Source: Amoebidium appalachense (lineage: Eukaryota > Protista > Ichthyosporea). From it: a stretch of 64,000 nucleotides of DNA. Below are positions 43,784-64,000 of this stretch, one piece after another (positions within the stretch are counted from its first letter, which is position 1; every line of letters begins with the position of its first letter). The position numbers and the translations under genes were made by a program. The notes below the pieces were generated by a model. It was not told the origin of the DNA, did no database searches, and was given only the letters and a program-made list of their open reading frames with translations. The stretch spans positions 15,173,143 to 15,237,142 of the forward strand of contig CAVNZM010000003.1 of the NCBI GenBank assembly GCA_963693365.1, in the 5' to 3' direction.

Positions 43784-46700
43784 GTATCACCACCACCACC
43801 ACCACACACACACATACACATGCACGCCACCACAATCACAACCACAACCAAATCAAACAAACAAAAAAAAAAAAACAGGAGTGACGGGCAGTGGGAGAGT
43901 GCTCTCGCGCCGCAAGAGTGGACAGATCTTCGACGCTACTGTTCGCAGTTTGGGGTGCGCCTGCTTAGTGTCTATACATTTCCTGGGCCAAGATACGGCA
44001 TTACCGAGCCCGTGAACAGCAGCACAGAGGGGGGCTTCTTGTGGTATCACGACCAAGAAAGTTGGGAGATGAAGGAGGTACGTGCTTGAAATTTTGCTGC
44101 TGGACCCCCTCTCCCCCCCCCCCCCCCCCTCCCCCTCTCCCCACCCTACACACACACATGCCACCACCACCCCCTGTTCTCTCTCATTCGAAAAAATTGA
44201 GTCACCATTGCTGTAAACTGAATGTTCCGATTCTTTTGCCCGTTTGCATTTTCTGCTTCGAAAAAGGTTTTTTCTTGTTTTTTCCTCCCTGTGGTTTTAA
44301 TTTGCTCAGCATCACACACTCTCGTGCTGCTTCCCTGCATTGGATATAAGTTGCGAGGACGTGCATATGAAGCGAATGCACATCCAAGGCTTTTTTTGGC
44401 ATTGTCGCTAGGAGCTTTTCGGTATAGTCTTCCTTCTACCCGGTTCCTCTTTTTCTGCGGTTGTTTCTTGTGTTTGGTGTTTGTGCGCGAGAGCACCTTC
44501 AGGTGTTACACGTGATGATATTGGTAGCGCGTATCTTGAGTTTGCGCGTGTTCGTGCTTGTGGTCGTGCTTTTGGGGCCGTGTGTGCCTGCACGTGTGCC
44601 GTCGTAGTGTTTTGGCTGCACTTACAATGTTTGCGCTGAAACCGGCCTCCAATCAGAACAAGGAGAGGCCTTTCCGATATGCCATGGTTCGATCTATGAT
44701 ATTCAAGGAGAAAAGGTTCAAAACAGACTACGTACCCCGTCAAACTAGCAAAATTTGGCCGGCGCCGGCTAAGATTGCTATGGAATGTGACGCTTACCGA
44801 TTTGCTACCATATTTAGTAGTAAATCAGTGTGGCGTCATTTATCATTGCGAATTTATTCGGCAGCTGCCAATTCCTGGTAGTCCGACGGGATACGTAGTC
44901 TGTTTGAACCCTTGGTCGTTAATTTGGCTTTGCTCAGATTCCTGGGCGCCAGCCAGGAGTAAAATTCAGACCGCCATCCAATTGTATCGCAAATTCTGCC
45001 TCGTTTCTGATTGGAGGCCGTTTTCAGTGCAAGCACTGTAGGCTTCTAGAAGAAAGGAAAAAATGGCAAGATTTCGTTCTCTGGGTCATGGTGTATATAG
45101 GAACGTTTGGTGGCATACTCCTGTAGGATGTAAGTTTTTCCTTTCCGTAATGCTTTGTGCGCACGGGGTAGAGGAGGGAGTAGGGGCACTAATTATTATC
45201 AGTGCGTTTTGGACACGCTCCGGACGGTCAGACGGTAGTGGGAAGGTGGATGGGGTTGTTGGCGAACTGCCGCGGCCTTAGTATCGCCGCAACGGTTTAG
45301 AAGCCTAGGCAGCAGGCTTGGCAGGGCGTCAATAATTGTGGCAGTATCACTTAGCGTTTTCCGTGGCTTGGAATCTGTCCGCGTACGCGTTAGGGCAGCG
45401 TAAGAACCCGATTGGTCAGCGTACCCGCGTGAGCGACTTTATTCAATTTGATTCAAGTCAGCAGCTTGGCACGAGTTGTACAGAACTCATCTGAGAATTG
45501 GAAAATAAATATACATGCAAAGTTTTACCTGGAAAATAACACTTCTTCATATATTTAGTTCTGGCTTCTTTAAAAAAAAAAAAAAGATGGGTCTGACTGG
45601 AAGGCGAGGCCTCGGCGGGTTGAAGCCCACGTCGGATTGAAAAGCATTGGAATGCACGTGCATAGTATTGATCGGGAATGTGCTAGTTCCAGGGTGTAAA
45701 ATTGTCTCTTGGCTAGGTACATTTTTCTCTACCTGCTTATTGATATTGGGGTAACTTTCTTCTCTTATTTTGAAGGGCCAATAAAGCCGAATAATATAAA
45801 TTATGGCGCCTTGAAATTTGGTCGGGAGTTCGCCACACTATATGCGTGCAGTAGCATAAAACTTAGTTTATGTTATTTGTTTTCATTTTAAATTTTATTT
45901 ATTTTATTTCATTTATTTATTTATTTATTTATTGGGGGGGGGGGGGGGGGGGGGGGATATGAGAGGTGGTGTAAAAGGACTTTCAAAGAAATAGTGAGGG
46001 CTAACAAAGTTGTGTTTGCACAGAACATGGTGTGGCACTACCCAGTGAGTCTCAATGCCAGCATACCAGATGTCAAACCGTGGTTTTACTTCACAAAGAC
46101 GAGCGACAAACCAACTGGAAATGGTATGTACATGCTTGTGGGTGTGTGTGCGTGTGTGTGGACGGCCACTCGGAAATCATAAAATTCCATCCTACCCTAC
46201 AAGCCTAGAGTAAGAAGAAGGGGAGGAGGGGGCGAGAGGAGAGAAGGTGTCCCCCTGCCAGAAACTGGGGAGGTGGGGGGGGGGGGGGGGGGGGATGTGT
46301 GTGGGGTGTGCGTGTGTGTGTGTGCCTGTGTCTCACAACACACACGCAAGCCCACAGGGAAAGAGAGGAGGGGGGATATCGTAGCCTAATGGTACAGACT
46401 ACTCCTTGCGCTTATGGTGGTTCCGGCCGGTGTTCTAGATGTCTGTGTGCTTGCTGGCTGTGTGGTGTGTTGACTGGAGCTTAGAGGAGAAGAGGAGAAG
46501 GGGGGGGGGGGGGGGGGGGGGGGGGATAAGATGGGGTTAAAGACGGTGGGAGAGGCGGAGGGGGGATTGTCTGGGGGAGGGGCAGAGGTGGGGGGGGGGG
46601 GGGGGGAGGGGGGGGGAGAAGGGGGGAGGTGAGTAGCATGTGATTAAGGTTAAGGTTGCTAACTGTGATATTTACAGACAAGGTTGGGGGTGTGATGCTG

Positions 46701-47946
46701 AATGCAACAAGCGAACATGGGGAGGAACTGCACATGTTCTTTGCATCCTCGATTGACGTGCCACATGGAAGCCCCGTCGGCAGCAGGGTGAGGATTAAAT
46801 GTGTTTATGTGAGTAATGTGTTTGTGTGTGCAATTCTCCATGCATGTGGTTTGCACTCTGCATTGTTTTGTTTGTTGTAATACTTCGTACTCATTGGCGC
46901 ATTCCTCCCCTCTCCCCCCCCCCCCCCCCCCCCCCCCTCCCCCTCAACCCCCAACCATCTTCAAGATTGCTAAGTGTCGGGCTATTGTTCGGACACATGG
47001 GCCTATGTGTGAGGGACGAGCCGTGTGGCCGTGCGTAGTGTTTTTTTTTTTTTGGTGGTGGTGGTGGTGGTGGGGGGGGGGGGGGGGGGGGGGGGGGCAC
47101 TACTTTGTTGGCTGAGACAAGACAGATGCGAGAATCATGAGCATATGCACGTGTGTCTGGCAGGGGCAAGAGTGAGGCTTTTTTAAAAGGAGGGGAGGTC
47201 ATTACTCTGGCATTCTCCCAAAGAATCTGACCACGAACCCGTGCCCACTTTCAGGTCATGGAATGGGCCACTCAAAATGTGGAGATCGTATCGGACGGCA
47301 GCCTGTCCGGTGGAGCTATTTTTGGAATCGTCCTTGCAGGGTGCGTGAAGCTTCAGATTTAAGTCGTTATATCTATATAAGACGTGAGATTTTTAAAGAG
47401 AGAGGATTTAAGACGTGAGATTTTTAGAGAGAGGATTTCAAGACGTGAGATTTTTAAAGAGAGGATTTTAGGGGAGCTTCTGGTAATGCCTTGTGTGTCT
47501 GTGCATGTTTCGTGTGGGTGTTTGTGTGGTGGTAGCGGTGACAGGGGCAGCGGTGATGGTATTGTATGTGGGTGTGTTTCCCCCCCCCCCCCCCTTTCCT
47601 CCCTTTTTTTTTGATATTTGGGCAAGGAACTTCAAAAAGCTTAGTGGTGGGAGTGGGTGTTTGTGGGAGGGGAGGTGAGGGGGAAGGGGGCAGAAGAGAG
47701 GGAGAAGGGATGTAGTGCGAGTGGAATGGACTAGAACACAAGGGGCTATATGAAGAGTAACGCCTGCCTGTTTGTTTTTTTTTTTTTTGGTTTGTTTTTT
47801 TTTTTTTTTGCAGGGTGATTGTTGTTGGGGGGATTGGGTTCACGCTGTTCTACTTCCGCTACCGGCTGTGCTACCGCAACACAAAGGAGAACGACAGACA
47901 CGTGGACGACATGGCCCAGTGGGAGTACCAGCAGTCGGGCTACTGA
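41411..47946 (+). CDS. Type I membrane protein: signal peptide, Thr-rich stalk, two tandem repeats, Agd3/CBM87-like domain, C-terminal TM
   Basis: Exons 41411-42804, 43879-44077, 46024-46123, 46678-46787, 47255-47340, 47814-47946 splice in frame (an extra exon before 46024 is possible). WESALAPQEWTDLRRYCSQFGVRLLSVYTFPGPRYG and WHYPV resemble the N-terminal domain of fungal Agd3. TM: GAIFGIVLAGVIVVGGIGFTLFYF. Confidence 0.75.
43324..43564 (+). mobile_element. Intronic structured repeat, full-length subfamily B copy
   Basis: Begins gcataagcaaccctgctcgtct like the copy at 1332; the body matches 16466-16696. Confidence 0.88.
44625..45038. mobile_element. Tc1/mariner-type foldback MITE with TA target duplication
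   Basis: TA|caatgtttgcgctgaaaccggcctccaatcagaa ... ttctgattggaggccgttttcagtgcaagcactg|TA. Internal arms also pair (cagactacgtaccccgtc / gacgggatacgtagtctg). Confidence 0.8.
47377..47469. repeat. ~31-bp tandem repeat x3
   Basis: aagacgtgagattttta(a/g)agagaggattt repeated three times. Confidence 0.85.
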
Positions 47947-48918
47947 TTGGCTAGTTGTCACGTGCTGTATCGGTTATTGGATACTATTAGTCACATTGCC
48001 AAGTTGGGGGGGGGGGGGATTTCGTATGACGAGTAGGCTTCGCTTGGATTCTTGGCTATTTAGACACATGCACGTATGTTTTGACGCCTAAAAAAAAAAA
48101 TTCAGGCGTAACAGCTATGCACCGCAACTGAATTTCGCGAGTTGACATGACAGTTTTTTTCTGAAGCCGTACTACTGTAACATCGTCCAGATGCAATAGC
48201 ACCAATGTTGCCTTGCACGATTACTTGTGTACAGGGAGCGATCATGTCGAGGAAGACCACATGTGTCTTTGTCTATGTACACAGTCATGAGTTAATGTTA
48301 GTAGACAGTTGGTGCTGATGTTTATAAGCGTAAATACGCTTTCTTTGGTGCTGATGTTTATACGCGTAAATACGCTTTCTTTGTAAGTGTGCATGCCTGG
48401 TGACCGGGTCAATATCTTACATTTTACTTTTTTTTTATTACTTTTTTTTTCCTTTTTCTTTTCTTTTCTTCTTCACTGTACATGTAGAGGTGTGCATAGT
48501 TTGCCATACCGGTGCATATATATTGATAACAAGGCCATGTATTACGGGTATCTTACAAGCAATAGTCGATGTCATAGTGTACCTGTGCTTTTATGCAGTA
48601 TTACAAGGCTCCTTTTCAACTAAAGTTCTCTTTTAATAAAGCGAGTTGAACATAATAATGTTTTGTTTTTTTGCGCACACGGCATTAATGGTTACGACAT
48701 GTACACTTTTCTAGACTGAATCAGGTTCTGCTTGTGCTGTTTTAGCATGACTAGTGTTTGAATCATGCAAACACCATGTATAGTTCCTAATAGGGCCTGC
48801 CCCCCCCCCCCCCCCCCCTTTCAAGTTTCCTTTGAAAAAATCACACACTGTCTTTCAAGTGTATTTGTGCACGTTTGCATGCATAGCGCATGTACGTGGA
48901 CTGAGGCGGGTCACAGTT

Positions 48919-48955
<37 letters not shown>

Positions 48956-49480
48956 GTTGTTGTTCTTGTTGCTGTTGTTGTTCTCTTGGGAAAGAGAGGA
49001 GGGGAGGGGGGGGGGGGGGGGGGGGGAGGGGGGGGGCACAAAGACTCTCTAAACAGTAGATGAAGCCTGGTTTTCATTGCACGGTGTAACTTTGCACGTT
49101 GGCATGTTGCAAACTAACTTGGGAGAAGTTCAACCAATTTCATAGCTATGAACAATCAAAAAATAGTGCATTCTCAGCTACCAAACCACATGCCTCCAGT
49201 ACTGCAATGCAACCATTCACTCAAATTCGTGAGTGATGTCATCAAAATACACAATCCATCAAATGCCATTCATACCAAATTAAGCCAAACTCTAAACCTC
49301 AGCATTTTCGATCACATTATCATACTTCTTTAGAACCCGCCCACACCACAAACAATACGTTCTAACATGAGACCGCAAATAGCATGGGTGAAAACACGGG
49401 GGGGGGGGGGGGGGGGGGGGGGGGAAAGGAAAATTGCCATGTGTTTTGCAAAATCCAGTAGTATTGTAAAGTGCATAGAT

Positions 49481-58556
<9,076 letters not shown>

Positions 58557-58777
58557 CTATGTTTGGAGGGTGAGCACGTAGACAAGAGGTTTTGTGTGGA
58601 AAAGAAATGAATTGGGGCAGAAAGAGAAAGGGGCAAAAAGGAAAGCCGCAAGTGAATCAAGGCATGTATGCTCGGATATTGTGGAGAGGGGGAAGAAAGG
58701 GAAAGTTTGTGTGAGTGAGAAAAGACGAAGTATAAGGAGAGGTGTTTGTGCGTGTGTGCCTTTGTGTTGTGCGTGCG

Positions 58778-58888
<111 letters not shown>

Positions 58889-59060
58889 ATGTTAGAGTGT
58901 GAGAAACGTAGTGTGTGAGTGAGCAAGTGCGTGCCACCGTACACATCATGCGTGAATGAGTGTGCGCGGGTACCTTTTGTGAACACAAAAGCCAACATGA
59001 GCTTACTGTGGTATGCTCTTTCTGTGTGCCAACTCGTTTGTGTGTGTGTGTGTTTGTTTG

Positions 59061-59103
<43 letters not shown>

Positions 59104-59599
59104 TGTGCGTGTGCGTGTGCCTGTGTGTGTGTGTGTTTGTGCATGCGTGCGTGCGCGTGCCTCAATTTATGTATGCTTTCTCGTGCACACATTCCTGCAG
59201 AATTTGGTGTCGAAATGGCAGTGCTTGTGTGTGCCATACTGTCTCTGCGTGTGTGCATATTCGTGCAAAACTCGTTTTTAGTGTGCTGCGTGTGTGTTGT
59301 GTGCGTGTATTCTCCGAGTGTGCCCATATAGTGCACAGCTCTTTGAGCGCCTATGTGATAACACACTTCAATCCGTTTCCATCAATTCTTTTGCATCCCA
59401 AGTGAAGAGGACCAGCCATACCCCAACAATCACAACTGGATGCTTGCCCCTATGCCTTTCAAGTCGAGCTTTGGAGCATTGGCAGTAATCTCTGCTACTA
59501 ACGAGCCGACTGATCTTTTACGAATAGATGCATTTTCTTGGAACTAGTACACAGATTTGTGAAATGCAGTGATGTATCACCTTCATGGTTTTGCTGTTT

Positions 59600-60578
59600 G
59601 TAGTAAACACAACACAGCACTTACCGCTTCTGTTGAGTAACAGCATCGACTCAGAGGCTGTATTATCTGGTGCAGCCCCGTTGTACCAAACAACAGACTA
59701 GGTAAGACATTTGAACGGGCACAGACTAACCGCAGAGAACTCATGTTTACGAGAGACGTCAGTGTGTGTCCTGAGAACCGGACCCTTCAGAGGGGAGCCG
59801 GAAACCGGACGACTAAAGCTGGTGCGTGCGGAAAAAAACGAGTGGCTATTACGAAGCCACTGTTTGAAAGTGTGTAGAAAGGGAGTCGAAGTCGCCTATA
59901 CTTTTCTAACAACCTTTCGTGTACTAAGCGGGTTACGCCGTTTGGTGGCCCGGAAGGCAAATAATTGACCTCGTGGCAACGTGTGTTTGTTTCAGTCTGT
60001 TTTGCGTAAATCGATTTGGGCGGGAAACGCTGTGTGCCAATTAGAATGCCCATAGTTATCATCTACCATATATGGAAGGTAATTCTTCATCTGACTGTAT
60101 GAAAGAAGATGCTACTATATTTGCACAAACCAAGAGGAAAAAACTTTAGATTATAATTGCTGTAACTTGATAGAAAGATCAGAAAGGAAAAACACTATGT
60201 ATTTTCTAATAAATTTCTTTATGGTTCTTTGACTGTGTTTGAGTAGCGGAACTTTTTTCACTCACATTCCAGAGGTGTCGGACCCGGAATTTGAGATGAC
60301 GATTCCAATCCCACGTTTGATTGGTTTCTCAAAAAAATATAATCTGTTTGCGCAAACGTATTCCTAGAGGCGTTTTAATTGGGCACATGTCACTTGCTGC
60401 CGTGTGCCGTTCGGGAAGGATCGTTGCTTGGGTTCAAAAAAAAAAAGAAAAAAAAGCAAAACTCGGTGAGACGTGACCTCGGCCGGGCAAACTTTGCGTG
60501 TAAATAAGGTTGAAAAGGAGCCCACGCTCTCTGAATTAGGCGATAAGGTAACTAACCTAGCGTGGTATAAGCGGCAGG
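59600..60578. promoter_or_regulatory. Putative bidirectional promoter between GTPBP10-like (-) and DPY19-like (+)
   Basis: Head-to-head genes about 1 kb apart; microsatellite-free; CCAAT/ATTGG boxes at about 60037, 60305 and 60320. Confidence 0.4.
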
Positions 60579-61376
60579 ATGGGCAAAAAAGAAGCAAAGA
60601 AGGTGAAGGAGAAGCCGGGGTCAGCCTCCAGGTAAGCAACGCTGTGAGGACAATGCCTGACTCAGAGGGGAAAGGGACGATGTTGTGTTTGATTGTGAGA
60701 TGGTGAAAGAGACGTAGAGATAGTATATTAACTTTTAGACTGGTCTGACATTTTGACATTGATTTGTTTTTAGAGAAAACCAAAACCAATTGAATGCACT
60801 TGGGCCATTGAGGTGACTAGATGCTGCTTGCTAAAAGAGGGTCGGAAATTGTTAGTGATGGTCGTGGTGTGGAGTCGTGTTCTTGGTGTAAGCAAACGAT
60901 GTAGTTTGAAAATTTTAGCAATCGAAATTTTGCGCAGTTACAGCCCCGGGCCTTGAATTTTCCGTGCGCGCACGTTTTCTTTAGTTTCTTGGGTGTTTAT
61001 AGATTTACGGACACCAGGATAGTAATGGCCCCAGCCGACTCTAGTGGTTGGTAAACTTTAACTGCACGCCTTTTTTTTTGCGATCCAATAAGTGTTGATC
61101 CTCATTTCGAGAAGAATGTGCAACTAAAATTTGGCTTACAGGAGCACTGGGGGGTCTTTCGTTGACATACCCTGGTTCGAGTACTCTGTGGTGGGGTCTG
61201 CAGTGGTGGCGGGAGCTATCTGGGCCAGCATACTGGCACGAAGCCATGAGCAGAAGATGTGGTGGTCGGCTGCAGACCTAGCACGCAAAGAGGTAAAGAG
61301 GGGCGGGGGGGGGGGGGGGGGGGGGGGGGGGGAGGGGGAGCGGCGAAAGAGAGGGGCGGGTGAGGTCGGGAGGGGG

Positions 61377-61407
<31 letters not shown>

Positions 61408-63130
61408 CTGGCGGAAGGGATCGGAGTAGGAGGGGGTGGCAGGTAATGGGGTGAGGGGGTTGAGGCATGGAAGCGCTTTATATGGGGTGTGCACGCACAT
61501 AGACGGGACTAGCAAAGACGTATTTTCTTAGCACCGTGGGGCCGTGCTGCCCCCATATACACGGTTGAGTGTTGGTTGGGAGTTGCTGGGGATGGGGAAG
61601 AGCTGGAGGTTGTAGAATGTAGGCACACGTATACACACGCATCCACATTCAAACACAGCATAAAGGTCTTCATCCCCCCCCCCCCCCCCCCCCACCCACC
61701 CCTCCCACTCTTCCACCTTCACCAGACCATTTTCCTTCCACTTTTTAACGGAGCAGTCTTCTACCCACACGAAACCAAACACTCGCATATACACACCCAT
61801 ACAGAACCACAGCTGCAATCACTTGAGTATGTACAGAAATAACGTAACTGGCAGCTAAAACACAGGGGCCCACGTCCCCTTTTTGAGCACACCTGACATG
61901 CACTGTTTCTTTAACAGGTGACACTTATGACGGAGCAAGCACTCTACTACTCTTACTTTAAGACCACCGTCGACCCTACTCGTTCACTGCCAGCGATTTT
62001 TAACGGTCTTATTAACGATGATACGGTTGAACACCCGACTGTTCTTAATGCTCTGAGGGTACGTGTGTTACCTTGCCCTCTTTTTACCTCCCCCCCTCCT
62101 CCCCATGTTCAAGTGAAACAGTATGAGTTGGGTTTCGTTAACGTGGTGAATGGGTCGAAACTCGGGTACTGTGGATGACGTGGGCCCCCCTGAGGATGGG
62201 CTCTGCTTATGCATACTCTTTATGTATGATTTGCATTCTGCATCGTGTTATCCGTTGTTCTTGTGTACTTCGTACTTTATGACACATTCAAACCCCCCCC
62301 CTCCCCCTCCCTCCCCGCCCAACATGTGGTTTTTTTTTGGGGGGAACGCATGCGGCGGCGGGGGGGAGGGGGGGGGGGAGAGAAAGAGAGGGGGGGGGCA
62401 CGGGGTATGTGCTGATTGACAGGTTGAGGAAGAAATTGTGTGTGTGTGTGTATTTAGTGGTGGGAAGGTGGGGGGGGGGGGGAGGGGGAGGGGGGGTGTT
62501 TGCGTAATTTTGGGGAGAAATAGGAGGAGAGGACGTGAGGGGTGGGGGTGGAAAGAAGGGGGTTGAGTAACGCTGTATGTTAACTGTGTGGACGGTGTTT
62601 TTTGGGATCATGGCTGAACCAGGTCGCAAAAGTGGTAATTTGACGGTGTTTTTTGGGATCATGGCTGAACCAGGTCGCAAAAGTGGTAACCTCTTCGAAT
62701 TGTGGTGGCAAAACCCCCTGCATCCCCCCCTCCCCCCCCCCCCCCCCCCCGTGTGCCCTGCATTCTGCATTGTCTTTTACCCCCCCCTTGTTCCCCCCTC
62801 CCCTCCCCCCCTTGCCCTCCCCTCCCCCCCCCCTCCCCCCCCTCCCTTTACCAACCCCCCCAACACCCCCACCCACTTCCCAGAGTCATTCCCCTCCCTC
62901 CCCCTCCCCCCAAACATGAAACCTTCCTGCATTCTACCCCCCCCCCCCCCCCCCCCGCCCAACAGAGATTCAACGTGTGGCCCGAGGTAGTACTTGGAAT
63001 GATCTATCGGTGGCTGCCTATTGGCCAACCCATCGACTTCTATGTCAACTGTGTGTTTGCCGTAAATGGCTTGCTGGCGGGGGGGGCTTTTCTACACCGG
63101 CGCCTTAATGACTCATAGCTGGCTCGGAGG
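60579..63130 (+). CDS. DPY19L: DPY19-like C-mannosyltransferase (GT98), 3' part outside the window
   Basis: Exons 60579-60631, 61142-61292, 61918-62058, 62966-63130 give KEVTLMTEQALYYSYFKT...NDDTVEHPTVLNALRRFNVWPEVVLG...FYVNCVF...SWLGG. One extra G in a G-run at 63080-63086 shifts the frame. Confidence 0.88.
62103..62292 (+). mobile_element. Intronic structured repeat, subfamily B copy
   Basis: catgttcaagtgaaacagtatgagttggg...gggtcgaaactcgggtactg...ccctgaggatgggctc...cattcaaa + C-run. Confidence 0.85.
62591..62689. repeat. ~52-bp tandem duplication
   Basis: gacggtgttttttgggatcatggctgaaccaggtcgcaaaagtggtaa occurs twice. Confidence 0.85.
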
Positions 63131-63174
63131 GTATGGTGCAAAATATACCCCCCCCCCCCCCCCTCCCACGCACA

Positions 63175-63250
<76 letters not shown>

Positions 63251-63355
63251 CTCACACACACACACACACACACTCACACTCACACTCACACTCACACACA
63301 AGCACGCACACACACACGCGCCCCTCACATACACACGCACACGCACACACACATA

Positions 63356-63421
<66 letters not shown>

Positions 63422-63489
63422 CACACACACACACACCCACACCCCTCACACACATACACACACACACACACAGACACAGACACATCCCT

Positions 63490-63520
<31 letters not shown>

Positions 63521-63574
63521 ACGCACATCCCTCACACACACACACCACACACGCGCCCCTCACACACACACACA

Positions 63575-63694
<120 letters not shown>

Positions 63695-64000
63695 ACACAC
63701 ACACACACACATCACCACCTCCTCCCCCCTCCCTCCTCCCCTTCGCGCTTTCCCGAACTCTCTGACCAGTAGCCGTCTTTTTCGCGGTGCAAACCACCTT
63801 GGTATGATTCTTGGTTGTCCCTTTTGTGCTCTTTCCCTGAGAAGTGGGTGATTAATCTGTATGCAGTTACATTGGCATGGATTGTGATTGGGCCATTGTC
63901 ATGTCCAGTTTAACGTGTAGCCTTTCTTATCGCTCACCCCATTGGCTAATTATCATGCACACTGCACGTTGGGTGTGTTTCTTATTTGCCACTTATCATG

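Noticed and set aside
47377-47469. CRISPR-like array (also 62591-62689 and 12897-13040)
   Set aside because: Head-to-tail tandem units without unique spacers, in eukaryotic introns, with no cas genes.

Overview
Eukaryotic, intron-rich, microsatellite-saturated genomic DNA: poly-C/G, (CA)n and (CT)n tracts make almost all short ORFs in the track spurious. Gene content (protein O-mannosyltransferase, DPY19, jagunal, GTPBP10, an Agd3-like domain) suggests a unicellular opisthokont, but this is inference only. Genes reconstructed by hand: a 21-exon 3' part of a PMT/POMT1-type gene (+, 332-17350); an intact APE-RT non-LTR retrotransposon (+, 19053-22384); an intronless multi-TM protein; a jagunal homologue; a type I membrane protein with an Agd3/CBM87-like domain; an Obg-family GTPBP10-like gene (-); and the 5' part of a DPY19-like gene (+). 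There are also MITEs and decayed Ty3/Gypsy fragments. The most striking signal is a ~280-bp dispersed repeat (about 12 clear copies) lying sense-oriented in introns, mostly beside poly-C tracts. Its divergent copies show compensatory base changes and keep the hammerhead ribozyme core motifs (GUU, CGAAAC, CUGANGA) in an order that is not one of the three known circular permutations. A second notable signal is that the retrotransposon's 3' end is complementary to the start of its own ORF.
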